Notes under the pieces: generated by a model
Seen by the model: only the letters and a program-made list of their open reading frames with translations
Database searches by the model: none
What the model was told of the DNA's origin: nothing
From: an uncultured Verrucomicrobiales bacterium
GTDB taxonomy: Bacteria; Verrucomicrobiota; Verrucomicrobiia; Verrucomicrobiales; DEV007
DNA: 64,000 bases
Assembly: GCA_938091905.1 (NCBI GenBank)
Contig: CALKOM010000124.1
Location: 15,637-79,636, forward strand
Direction: 5' to 3'
In this document: positions 38,845-48,474 of the stretch, one piece after another
How positions within the stretch are numbered: position 1 is the first letter of the stretch
Layout of the letters: every line of letters starts with the position of its first letter
Translations under genes and position numbers: made by a program

Positions 38845-39489
38845 ATGGCCAATATTCATTCTCTCAACGCAAAGAAACGCGAAGGCTCAGGTACCGCAGC
38901 TACCAAGAAACTACGTCGCGAGGGGCGCGTCCCAGGCGTTGTCTATGGTGGAAAGCAGGACAATTATGCGGTCGATTTGGACCGGATTGAAATCCGTGAC
39001 CTGTTCGCTAGCAGTGCTTCTGAGAACATCCTCGTTCGATTGGATATCGATGGTGCCAAAGAGCAGGACAAGCTTGCTCTGATCCAGGCCGTTCAGCACC
39101 ACCCGCTGACGAGTGCGATCAACCACATCGACTTCCATTGCGTCAGCGAAGACGAAGAGATTGTGGCATCTGTGCCTTTACAGCTTATTGGCGAAGCCGC
39201 AGGGATCAAGGCCGGTGGCCTTCTGGATCAACAGCTTCAATCCCTTGATGTGCGTTGTAAGCCTGCAGATCTTCCTGAATTACTCCAGGGTGACATCACC
39301 GAGGTCGGCCTTGGTCAGCCTTTCCACGTAGGAAGTGTAATGTTGCCAGAAGGCGTGTCCACTGTGCTGGCGAATGATGTTGTCGTCGCTATCGTCGCTG
39401 AGCTGAGAGCCATCCAGTCTGGTGAAGACGGTGCTTCTGAAGCTACTGCCGCACCAGAAGATGCCGCTGCTGGAGCGGCTGAGGCTTAA
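38845..39489 (+). CDS. rplY: 50S ribosomal protein L25 / Ctc
   Basis: LRREGRVPGVVYG, Q.HP....HIDF, G.KAGG.L. Confidence 0.95.
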   Translation: MANIHSLNAKKREGSGTAATKKLRREGRVPGVVYGGKQDNYAVDLDRIEIRDLFASSASENILVRLDIDGAKEQDKLALIQAVQHHPLTSAINHIDFHCVSEDEEIVASVPLQLIGEAAGIKAGGLLDQQLQSLDVRCKPADLPELLQGDITEVGLGQPFHVGSVMLPEGVSTVLANDVVVAIVAELRAIQSGEDGASEATAAPEDAAAGAAEA

Positions 39490-39501
39490 TTCTTCCGAAC
39501 G

Positions 39502-40101
39502 GTGACCCCGATCCGAGCCATCTTTGGTCTCGGCAATCCGGGCCCCAAATACGAAGACACTCGGCACAACGCCGGATTTCTTGTCGTTGATCAGCTTGCC
39601 AAGCGTTTGCCTCCAGCGGATGGAGCTCCCGTAGGGCCGGCCGAGTTTCGGCATTTGCGCCGCCTGGAATCGGACTTGCTGAAGGTGGCGGGCAGCTATT
39701 TGCTCAAGCCTTCGACCTTCATGAACGATAGTGGGATTGCGGTGAGCGAGGTTTGTCGATTCTACCGGATTGCCCCTGAGGAAATTCTCGTCATTTATGA
39801 TGACATGGATCTGGCGCTAGGAAGGCTCCGATTGCGGGCTCGTGGGTCGTCAGGAGGGCATAATGGGATCAAATCCATCATCCAGCACCTTGGGACGGAC
39901 GTGTTTCCGCGTCTAAAGGTAGGGATTGGGCGTCAGGAGACGGAGCGCGAGCAGGGGCGGGTTGTCGGCCACGTTCTCGGGAAGTTCACGGTGGAGGAGC
40001 GCCCAGTAGTTACCGAAATGCTTAATCGTGCCTGCGATGCTGTCGTCGATGGCATGGCGAACGGTCTGGATCACGCCATGACGGCCTACAACGGTAGTTA
40101 A
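39502..40101 (+). CDS. pth: Peptidyl-tRNA hydrolase
   Basis: GLGNPG.KY..TRHNAGF, KPSTFMNDSG, GGHNGIKS. Confidence 0.96.
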   Translation: MTPIRAIFGLGNPGPKYEDTRHNAGFLVVDQLAKRLPPADGAPVGPAEFRHLRRLESDLLKVAGSYLLKPSTFMNDSGIAVSEVCRFYRIAPEEILVIYDDMDLALGRLRLRARGSSGGHNGIKSIIQHLGTDVFPRLKVGIGRQETEREQGRVVGHVLGKFTVEERPVVTEMLNRACDAVVDGMANGLDHAMTAYNGS

Positions 40102-40178
40102 CCGTCCTCGTTTCCTTGTTCAGGCTCGAGGTTTCTACGTCTTGACGGCGTAAGCGCCCGTAACGACACTAGTCACCT

Positions 40179-41177
40179 ATGACAGCATCTGCCTCCTACG
40201 AACAAGATCGCCAAGCCGTCGAGAAGCTGGCGGATGCCAGTAAGAAGATTCGCTCAGAATTGAGCAAGGCAGTCATAGGTCAGGAAGAGGTCATTGATCA
40301 ATTATTGATCGCGCTCTTTGCTGGAGGGCATTGCTTGCTGACCGGTGCTCCAGGATTGGCAAAGACGTTGTTAGTGCGCTCGATTGCTGATGTCTTCAAT
40401 TTGGATTTCTCACGCATTCAGTTCACGCCGGACCTCATGCCTGCAGATATTGTGGGTACGGAAATTCTGCAAGAGACCGAGGGCGGTGGCCGTGCGCTCA
40501 AGTTTGTCAAAGGCCCTATCTTTGGTAATATTGTGTTAGCCGATGAAATTAACCGAACGCCTCCGAAGACGCAGGCCGCTCTGCTAGAAGCGATGCAAGA
40601 ACATCAGGTGACGGCAGCCGGTGTCCGTTACACGCTTGAGGAGCCTTTCTTCGTCTTGGCCACACAGAACCCGATCGAGATGGATGGAACCTATCCTTTA
40701 CCGGAAGCCCAGCTGGATCGTTTCATGTTCAATGTCTATGTTGATTACCTTTCCGAGGATGACGAGGTGAGCGTGATTACGAAGACGACGGCAACGGAGG
40801 ATTACGAGATTGAGACTCTCTTCTCAGCCGACGAAGTGCGTGCGTTCCATGACATTGTGCGCAAAGTGCCGGTGGCAGACGACGTTGCGCGTTTCGCCGT
40901 GCGACTGGCAACGCTCTCGCGACCAGGTGGCAAGGAGTCGCCGGAGTTTATCAACAACTGGGTGTCCTGGGGGGCGGGATTGCGTGCAGGACAGTTCCTC
41001 GTGCTCGGAGGGAAAGCGCGTGCTCTTCTGCAGGGGCGGGCCCACGTTACCCAAGACGACATTCGCGCGCTGGCTGAGCCGGTCATGCGCCACCGGGTTC
41101 TGTTGAACTATCGCGCAGAAGCGGACGGCGTGTCTGTTGAGAACGTGGTAGAGAAACTGTTAGCTGAGGTTAAATAA
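40179..41177 (+). CDS. moxR: MoxR-family AAA+ ATPase
   Basis: GAPGLAKT, RIQFTPDLMPAD, DEINRTPPKTQAALLEAMQE, ATQNPIE, YPLPEAQLDRF. Confidence 0.95.
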   Translation: MTASASYEQDRQAVEKLADASKKIRSELSKAVIGQEEVIDQLLIALFAGGHCLLTGAPGLAKTLLVRSIADVFNLDFSRIQFTPDLMPADIVGTEILQETEGGGRALKFVKGPIFGNIVLADEINRTPPKTQAALLEAMQEHQVTAAGVRYTLEEPFFVLATQNPIEMDGTYPLPEAQLDRFMFNVYVDYLSEDDEVSVITKTTATEDYEIETLFSADEVRAFHDIVRKVPVADDVARFAVRLATLSRPGGKESPEFINNWVSWGAGLRAGQFLVLGGKARALLQGRAHVTQDDIRALAEPVMRHRVLLNYRAEADGVSVENVVEKLLAEVK

Positions 41178-41186
41178 GAAACGGCC

Positions 41187-42107
41187 ATGCCAGTGTCGGC
41201 TGACCCAACGAAGCACATCGACGCAAAGACGTTGATGCGCATCAAGTCGCTTGATTTACGGGCCCGCCGTATCCTCGAAGGCTATACACAAGGCCTCCAC
41301 CGGAGTCCTTACCATGGATCGTCGGTCGAGTTCAGTGAATACCGGGCTTATTCAGAGGGGGACGATCCCAAGCACATTGACTGGAAGCTCTATGCGCGGA
41401 GTGACCGTTACTGCATTAAGAAGTACGAAGCCGAGACGAATTTGATTTGCCATCTTGTTGTCGATCAAAGCCGATCGATGGAATTCTCAACGCTGGACTA
41501 CACCAAGGCTGACTATGCATCGACATTGGCAGCCACGTTCGCCCAATTCCTCTTCTCTCAGGGAGACTCGGTTGGGATCGTGACTTTCGCCGATGAGATA
41601 AACACCTATGTGCCACCGCGACGACGGCGTGGGCAAATGCATCAGATGGTCGTTGCGTTAGAAACTGAGCCGAAGAGTACCCGAACAGACATTAAAAAGT
41701 CGTTGGGTGATATGTCGCCAATGCTGCGCAAGCGTGGGCTGGTCGTCATCCTTTCGGATTTGTTAGAGGATATAAAGTCGATATCTTCACAGATTACCTA
41801 CCTGAGATCCTGTGGTCACGATGTGATCGTCTTTCAGATTCTCGATCCGGCAGAGGCGAGATGGACTTTTAAGGACAATGCAGTCTTTGAAGATATGGAA
41901 ACCGGAGATCGCTTTCTGTTAGATCCTGAGCGTGCGCGGGCGCATTACGAAGAGCAGTTTGGTGCTCATCAGGCCGCCGTTGAGAAACTTTGTGCAGGAT
42001 TGGGTATTGACCTTGTTAAGGCCGTTACAGACGCCCCCTTTGACCAGACGTTGCATCGTCTCCTCAGCTTGCGTTCGCAACTCAACCGGAGTCGACGCGG
42101 CGCATGA
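41187..42107 (+). CDS. DUF58 / VWA-like protein
   Basis: GLHRSPYHGSSVEFSEYRAY..GDD..HIDWK, DQSRSM. Confidence 0.92.
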   Translation: MPVSADPTKHIDAKTLMRIKSLDLRARRILEGYTQGLHRSPYHGSSVEFSEYRAYSEGDDPKHIDWKLYARSDRYCIKKYEAETNLICHLVVDQSRSMEFSTLDYTKADYASTLAATFAQFLFSQGDSVGIVTFADEINTYVPPRRRRGQMHQMVVALETEPKSTRTDIKKSLGDMSPMLRKRGLVVILSDLLEDIKSISSQITYLRSCGHDVIVFQILDPAEARWTFKDNAVFEDMETGDRFLLDPERARAHYEEQFGAHQAAVEKLCAGLGIDLVKAVTDAPFDQTLHRLLSLRSQLNRSRRGA

Positions 42108-44203
42108 GTTTCCTCTTTCCGTTGTATCTTTTAGGCTTGGCTGCACTTAGTTTGCCCGTTCTGCTTCACCTGCGTAACCGCGAGTTGAAGAAAGTGGTGC
42201 CTTTCAGTTCGTTGCGCTTTCTTAAGCCGACCAAGATTCAGCAGCAGCAACGGTCGAAGCTGGAGAATCTGCTTCTGCTGCTCTTACGTTGCGCGATCCT
42301 GGCCCTCATCGCTTTCGCCTTTGGTCGACCATTCTTACGGCAGGACCTGATGAAAGATCTCGTGGGGCAGAGTCAGCAAGCCGTCATTCTCATCGATACC
42401 AGCGCCTCCATGCGTCAGGAGGGGCATTGGGAGGACGCGTTGAAGCGCACCCGCGCGATCATCGATGATCTTGAATCTAGCGATGAGGTCCAGGTCTTCA
42501 CCTTTGACCAGTCTACCCGTCTCCTGCACTCTTTCGATGCTTGGCGTGAACCTGCGGAACCGGAGCGTAAAGCTACATTGCTCGCGAAGTTGGAGTCGAT
42601 TCAGCCCAGTTGGCAGAGCACCGATCTCGGGCAAGCGATGATCACAGCGGTGGAGTCTTTTCGAGATGCGCTCGAAGATGCGAGTGTGGAGTCGCCGGCC
42701 GAACGCCAAGTTTATCTTGTCAGTGATGTCCAGGAGGGTGCCAATCTAGAGGCGCTCGGGCAGTATGAGTGGCCAGTGGAGGTGAAGGTGACGGAAGAGC
42801 GTGTTGGTGAGAGAGGGCGGACTAATGCTAGTTTACAGCTGTTACCCAGATCGACAGGGATCGCAGAGCTACAGAAACAGGAAGATCGCTTTCGATTGAG
42901 CAACGATCGTGATTCGAAGGAGTCTCGATTTACAATTGCTTGGCAGAATGCTGACGGCACTCCAGCCAGTCAGCCCCTGAGTGTGGTAGTGCCGCCTGGA
43001 GACACAGAGGTTCTCACGGCACCCAAGACGACAACGGGTACGACGGCACCGATTCTCCAGCTCGACGGCGATGACATTGATTTCGATAATCGTTATTTTC
43101 AGAGCCCACCTGTGGCCAAGCCGCTCCGTATTCTCTATCATAGTGATGAAGATCCCAACCGAACAGGAGCGCCGCTCTTCTTCTTCAAGCGTGCTCTGAT
43201 TGAGACGGCGACATTTAAGCCAGAGTTGACGCTGAAGAAGTTTGCTGATCCGCTCGATAAGATAGACTGGAGTCTTTTGGACTTCGTGGTTGTGTCAGAT
43301 CCATTGGGGAACGTTCCGATGGATGCCATGCGTCAATACCTTGATGAAGGTGGTCGTGGTCTTTTCATGGTACGTTCACTCAATTCTGTCCCAGCGTTGG
43401 CCAAGTTGCTGGAGTTGGATCAACTCCCAGCATCGGAAGCCAAGATCGCAGACTATGCCTTGTTAGGCGAGATAGATCGGAAACACCCTTACCTTCAAGG
43501 ATTCTCCGAAGCACGTTTTGCGGACTTTACGAAAGTGCATTTCTGGCGTCACCGGACGTTGGACATTGACAATCTAGAGAAGGCGCGCGTCCTCGCGTCC
43601 TTTGATAGTGGTGAGCCAGCGTGGTTTGAAGTACCTGTGGGCAAGGGCTCGCTTTTGGTCATGACCTCGAGTTGGGATCGTGAAGATAGCCAGCTCGCCC
43701 TTTCGACGAAATTTATTCCGCTCATCTATGCCATCCTCACGCAGGATCCCTCTGGTAGAGATTCGAAACAGGCCTATTTCATCGGGGATAGCATTCCTTT
43801 GGATGCCGGCATCGAGAAGACCGTGACTTTGCCGGATGGCGAAGAGGTCGGGGTCGCTGAGGACGAGGCGAGTTTTGATGCCACGGATACGCCAGGCCTT
43901 TACAAGATTGCTTACCCAACCCGGCAGTTCGTTGCCGCTGTGAATGTCCCCACCCAGGAAAGCCGGCTTGCTGCCATCGAGGGTGATAAGCTTGAACAGC
44001 TCCTCAAAGTTGACGAAGAACGCGCTGAGGGGAGAGCGAAAGGGGAGATTCCACCGGCAAAGTTATCCGTACAAGAGCAGGAGTCCCAGCAGAAAGTCTG
44101 GATGTGGCTTCTCTACCTTGTCATGATCTTACTGATCGTTGAAATACTTTACTCTGCTCGTTGCGCTCAACCCAAAGCCGCCCCTAGCGAAGGCGGTGTC
44201 TAA
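42104..44203 (+). CDS. BatA N-terminal double-TM plus VWA domain protein
   Basis: MSFLFPLYLLGL..LPVLLHL...FSSLRFL...LLLLLR...RP; MIDAS DTSAS; VSD; C-terminal TM. Confidence 0.88.
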   Translation: MSFLFPLYLLGLAALSLPVLLHLRNRELKKVVPFSSLRFLKPTKIQQQQRSKLENLLLLLLRCAILALIAFAFGRPFLRQDLMKDLVGQSQQAVILIDTSASMRQEGHWEDALKRTRAIIDDLESSDEVQVFTFDQSTRLLHSFDAWREPAEPERKATLLAKLESIQPSWQSTDLGQAMITAVESFRDALEDASVESPAERQVYLVSDVQEGANLEALGQYEWPVEVKVTEERVGERGRTNASLQLLPRSTGIAELQKQEDRFRLSNDRDSKESRFTIAWQNADGTPASQPLSVVVPPGDTEVLTAPKTTTGTTAPILQLDGDDIDFDNRYFQSPPVAKPLRILYHSDEDPNRTGAPLFFFKRALIETATFKPELTLKKFADPLDKIDWSLLDFVVVSDPLGNVPMDAMRQYLDEGGRGLFMVRSLNSVPALAKLLELDQLPASEAKIADYALLGEIDRKHPYLQGFSEARFADFTKVHFWRHRTLDIDNLEKARVLASFDSGEPAWFEVPVGKGSLLVMTSSWDREDSQLALSTKFIPLIYAILTQDPSGRDSKQAYFIGDSIPLDAGIEKTVTLPDGEEVGVAEDEASFDATDTPGLYKIAYPTRQFVAAVNVPTQESRLAAIEGDKLEQLLKVDEERAEGRAKGEIPPAKLSVQEQESQQKVWMWLLYLVMILLIVEILYSARCAQPKAAPSEGGV

Positions 44204-44221
44204 CTAAACCACGCTAGCATC

Positions 44222-47200
44222 ATGCATAAAGCCATCATTCAAATCCTGGAACGTCTCTCAGAGAAAGAGGCGACCTTGAAACGTTGGAAAGAGCAGACCC
44301 ATCTTTCGTGGATCTTACTCGGCTTTGCTTCGATCTTCCTGATCTTCTTGTTCGTTGTGAACTGGTGGTCGTTCTGGTTATGCCTCACTTTACTGATCGG
44401 GGCCTTTGTCTGCTGGGTCTGGGGCGGACGCTCATTAGACCCTAGCTTTGATGTGGATGAGGTGGCGCACAAGATTGAAGAGAGTCATCCGGACCTTCAA
44501 TCGCTGCTTCTTACGGCGGTCGAGCAGAAGCCTGACAAAGAGACGGGCGAACTGAATTACCTTCAGGATCGCGTCATTAAAGACGCCATTGATCAAGCAC
44601 GTGAGCAGAGCTGGGTTGAGGACGTCAGTTCTGAAGAGATGCGCAAGGCTGAGATGGCAAGCCGTTGGTCGCGTCGCGCAGCAGCGTTGGTCGTGTTTCT
44701 TCCACTGCTCATAGGCTTCGGTATGTTCGGGCCTGCTGGCATCCTACCGTCCTCCAAACCGAACAAATTAGCGAACAAAGAGCAGCCCGTGGCGGATGAA
44801 GAGATCCCCGCGACTGCGGTGGAGGTCACTCCTGGGAATACAGAAGTGGAGAAGGGGACTCGTTTGCCGATCAGTGCTTTGTTTGGAGAGGACACTTTGC
44901 CTGTTGCGGCGGCCTTGCAACACGGGCCTTCCGAAGATGAGCTGCAGCTTTTGCCCATGGTGAAGAGCTTGGAAGATCCCCTCTTCGGCGTCATTTTGCC
45001 CGAGGTCAGCGCGGACTTTGTCTATAAGATCAAGTATGGCGATGAAACGACTGAGACATTCAAGATCACCACGTTTGAATACCCCCGATTGGATCGCGCT
45101 AATGTGACCATTACTCCGCCTAGCTATGTCGGCGGCGAGCCAAAGGTGATGAAGGACGTGCGCAAAGTGACGGCGTTTGAGGATAGTTTGTTAGAGATTG
45201 AACTGGTGCTCAACAAGCCCGTGTCCAAGATAACGCTTGTGGGTGAGCGGAGTAAGGAAGAAGTAGCTCTGACCGTGTCTTCTGATGATGCGAGTCTCTA
45301 TTCTGGGAGGATGACGGCACATGAGAGTGACGTGTTTGTCCTGACTCTTGAAGATGATGCGGGGAGGCCTAACAAAGAGTTTACTCGGCTTGAGCTTACG
45401 GTGTTACGGAATGAGCCACCAAAAGTCACGGCAGTTATTCCGAAACGCGATATTCAAGCGTCTGCCCTCGAAGAAGTGGTTCTCAAAGGGAAAGCTGAGG
45501 ACGACTTTGGCGTTCTCAGTTATGGGTTGAGCTACACGTATGAGGAAGAAGAGAATGAGCTGAAGTTGGGCGAAGGGACAGAGTCCGAGCCACAGCCTAG
45601 TGTCGAAATGGATCATTTGCTAGCCTTGGAAGATCTCGGGGCTGAGGAAGACCAGCTCATCTCCTACTATTTCTGGGCTGAGGATAAAGACCGCCAGGGT
45701 GAACTTCGCCGGGCGAAGAGTGACATCTACTTCATCGAAGTCCGTCCGTTCCTGAAATACTACCGCGAAGGAGCTGGCGGAGGCGGCGGAGGCGGAGGCG
45801 GAGGAGGAGGAGGCGCTCAGGAAGAAGCGGCCAAGCAGAAGGATATCATCGCGGCTACTCACCGAGTGATTGAGTCCCCTCAGAGAGACCCGGCCAAACA
45901 GAAGGAAGATATCGGTGTGATCAAGGACGGTCAAACAGCTAGTCTTGAGAGCACCATGGAGATGCGCGGCGAGCTGCAGGATGCCGAGGCCCAACAGTAT
46001 GCGGACACGGCTATTGCCGAGATGGAGCAGAGCATCGCGGCGCTGGATGCATGGCAACAGCAGGAGGATGTGTCTCTGGTAGAGAATGGCGAGAAAGCTC
46101 TCGAGCATCAGATGAAAGGCTATGATGCGTTGCTTAAGTTGCGTGGACGGAACGTGGAAGTGGTGAAAGCCGAGGAGCAGCAAGGCGGAGGTGGTGGCGG
46201 TGGAAGTCAGGACCCGCAGATGGAGAACATGCAGCTCAATGACGAGAAGGACCGTTACCAGAACGAGAATCGGGCCGACCAAGAGGCTCTCGCCCAGCAG
46301 CGAGCAGAGAACCAAGAGGCCTTGTCCTATCTGAATCGCTTAAAAGAATTGGCGAAACGTCAGGAAGCGCTAACGGACAAATTAAAGGAACTTGAAGCCG
46401 AGTTGGAGGTGGCCGAGAACGAGGAGGAGAAAGACAAGCTCGAGCGGGAGCTGAAGCGTCTGCGCGATCAGCAGCGCGATATGCTGCGCGATGTGGATAG
46501 TTTAGCACAAGACATGGACAAGTCAGAGACTCGAACGGATTTGGCCGAAGCTCGGGAAAAACTCGATGGCGTTCGCGAGAAGTTGCAGGAAACGGCGGAT
46601 GCCATGCGGCAGAACGATAACAGCAAAGCGATTACAGAAGCGACGCGTGCTGAAGAACAGATGCAGCAGTTGAACAACGAGTTGCGTGAGCAGGCCGCGA
46701 ACAAGTTTGCTGATGAGATGCGTGCCCTGCGAGACCAAGCGATCGATATCGCAGAGCGTCAGGATGCGATCGAGCAACAGCTTGCTAATGCGAATGATAG
46801 CCAGAACAAGCGCCCTTCGTTACAGGATGAGGGCACTGAGGCACAGGGGACGATGGCAGAGCAGAAGGTGGAACTTGAGAAGCTCATCGAAGACACGAAG
46901 CAGGTTGCTATGGCAGCGGAGCTCCCCGAGCCACGTTTGTCGAAACGTTTGGAAGATGCGTTGCGTGCTGCCAAAGCAGACACGTTGCCTGATCAGCTTA
47001 CGCAAGCTGCCGATATGTTAGACGGTTCGGAGAGGACGTTCCCCGATACTATTGGTGCCGAGCAGCTCAACCAGCAGACTTCTGCAGAGATCGCTAAGCT
47101 TACTCAAGGGATCGAAGATGCCGCTCGTAATATCCTTGGTGACGAAACAGAGGCACTTCGGGTGGCTCAGCGCGAAGTGCAGGATCTCATTGATCGCTTG

Positions 47201-48466
47201 CAGGATGCAGCGCCAACGGAGAACCAGTTGGCCCAGAATAATCAAGGCCAGCAACCAGGACAAGACCAGAATCGGTTAGCTCAGAACGGACAAGGCCCGC
47301 AACCGGGTCAGGAACAGCAGCCAGGTGAAGGGCAGCAGCCGGGTGAAGGGCAGAATCAGTTAGCCCAGAACGGACAAGGCCCGCAACCGGGTCAGGGACA
47401 GCAGCCAGGTGAAGGGCAGCAGCCGAGTCAGGGGCAAGGCCAGCAACCAGGGCAAGGCCAGCAACCGGGCCAGGGACAGCAACCAGGTGAAGGGCAGCAG
47501 CCAGGGCAAGATCAGAATCAGCTAGCCCAGAATGGTCAGGGCCAGCAGCCGGGTCAAGGCCAGGAGCAGCAGCCGGGTCAGGGCCAAGGCCAGCAACCAG
47601 GTGAAGACCAGCAACCAGGTGAAGACCAGCAACCAGGACAAGACCAGCAACCAGGACAAGACCAGCAACCAGGACAAGACCAGAATCAGTTAGCCCAGAA
47701 CGGACAAGGCCAGCAACCGGGTCAGGGACAGCAGCCGGGTCAGGGTCAAGGGCAGCAGCAGGGTCAAGGTCAGCAACCGAGTCAGGGCCAGCAACCAGGA
47801 GAAGGCCAAGACGAGGGGCAGCTAGCTCAGAATTCCCAGGGAGAGGGCCAAGGTCAAGGAGAGGGCCAAGATCAAGGAGAGGGCCAAGGTCAAGGAGAGG
47901 GCCAAGGTCAAGGAGAGGGCCAAGGTCAAGGAGAGGGCCAAGGTCAGGGTCAGTTAGCTCAGAATTCCGAAGGGCAAGGGCAAGGGCAAGGTGAAGGTGA
48001 AGGTGAAGGGCAAGGGCAGCAGTTGGCTCAGAATGGGCAGCCTCAGCAGCCATCGCCCACTCAGTCGCAAGGTCAGGGCCAAGGCGCCCAAGGTAACCGC
48101 AACGGTGGCGGTGGTGGGACTTTCGACGGCGATATCTTCCTTGATGGCTACCGTGAGTGGATTGATAAGTTAGCCGACGTTGAAGGAGTGCTAGAGAATC
48201 CTGAGCTGCGTGAGCAGGTGAGCCGAGTGAAAGGAACTTCGCGAGAAATTCGAGGAGAGGCGAAGCTTGAGAATACGCCGCCGACGTGGGATCTTGTTCA
48301 GAAGAATGTGTTAGGGCCTCTTGTCCAGTTGAATGAAGATCTTGGTGAAGAGATTGAGCGTCTCGAAGACGAGGAGTCGCTTGCTCCAATTGATCGTGAT
48401 CCCGTGCCCGATGCCTTTGCAGAGTTGGTGCAGCGATATTACGAAACCCTCGGCAAAGGAGAGTAA
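44222..48466 (+). CDS. Large membrane-anchored coiled-coil protein (DUF4175-like) with Gln/Gly repeat region
   Basis: N-terminal TMs, Ig-like beta region (DDFG motif), poly-Gly hinges, coiled coil, PGQGQQ repeats, C-terminal VPDAFAELVQRYYETL. Confidence 0.82.
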   Translation: MHKAIIQILERLSEKEATLKRWKEQTHLSWILLGFASIFLIFLFVVNWWSFWLCLTLLIGAFVCWVWGGRSLDPSFDVDEVAHKIEESHPDLQSLLLTAVEQKPDKETGELNYLQDRVIKDAIDQAREQSWVEDVSSEEMRKAEMASRWSRRAAALVVFLPLLIGFGMFGPAGILPSSKPNKLANKEQPVADEEIPATAVEVTPGNTEVEKGTRLPISALFGEDTLPVAAALQHGPSEDELQLLPMVKSLEDPLFGVILPEVSADFVYKIKYGDETTETFKITTFEYPRLDRANVTITPPSYVGGEPKVMKDVRKVTAFEDSLLEIELVLNKPVSKITLVGERSKEEVALTVSSDDASLYSGRMTAHESDVFVLTLEDDAGRPNKEFTRLELTVLRNEPPKVTAVIPKRDIQASALEEVVLKGKAEDDFGVLSYGLSYTYEEEENELKLGEGTESEPQPSVEMDHLLALEDLGAEEDQLISYYFWAEDKDRQGELRRAKSDIYFIEVRPFLKYYREGAGGGGGGGGGGGGGAQEEAAKQKDIIAATHRVIESPQRDPAKQKEDIGVIKDGQTASLESTMEMRGELQDAEAQQYADTAIAEMEQSIAALDAWQQQEDVSLVENGEKALEHQMKGYDALLKLRGRNVEVVKAEEQQGGGGGGGSQDPQMENMQLNDEKDRYQNENRADQEALAQQRAENQEALSYLNRLKELAKRQEALTDKLKELEAELEVAENEEEKDKLERELKRLRDQQRDMLRDVDSLAQDMDKSETRTDLAEAREKLDGVREKLQETADAMRQNDNSKAITEATRAEEQMQQLNNELREQAANKFADEMRALRDQAIDIAERQDAIEQQLANANDSQNKRPSLQDEGTEAQGTMAEQKVELEKLIEDTKQVAMAAELPEPRLSKRLEDALRAAKADTLPDQLTQAADMLDGSERTFPDTIGAEQLNQQTSAEIAKLTQGIEDAARNILGDETEALRVAQREVQDLIDRLQDAAPTENQLAQNNQGQQPGQDQNRLAQNGQGPQPGQEQQPGEGQQPGEGQNQLAQNGQGPQPGQGQQPGEGQQPSQGQGQQPGQGQQPGQGQQPGEGQQPGQDQNQLAQNGQGQQPGQGQEQQPGQGQGQQPGEDQQPGEDQQPGQDQQPGQDQQPGQDQNQLAQNGQGQQPGQGQQPGQGQGQQQGQGQQPSQGQQPGEGQDEGQLAQNSQGEGQGQGEGQDQGEGQGQGEGQGQGEGQGQGEGQGQGQLAQNSEGQGQGQGEGEGEGQGQQLAQNGQPQQPSPTQSQGQGQGAQGNRNGGGGGTFDGDIFLDGYREWIDKLADVEGVLENPELREQVSRVKGTSREIRGEAKLENTPPTWDLVQKNVLGPLVQLNEDLGEEIERLEDEESLAPIDRDPVPDAFAELVQRYYETLGKGE
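47220..48090 (+). repeat. Coding low-complexity tandem repeat (18-bp and 6-bp units) encoding QQPG(Q/E)(G/D), GQGEGQ and eight LAQN anchors
   Basis: For example GGCCAAGGTCAAGGAGAG units near 47846-47940 and CCAGCAACCAGGACAAGA units near 47627-47680; frame is preserved throughout. Confidence 0.92.
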
Positions 48467-48474
48467 AGAAACGC

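Noticed and set aside
47220..48090. Possible CRISPR array
   Set aside because: Units are in-frame multiples of 3, degenerate at codon positions, with no unique spacers and no cas genes.
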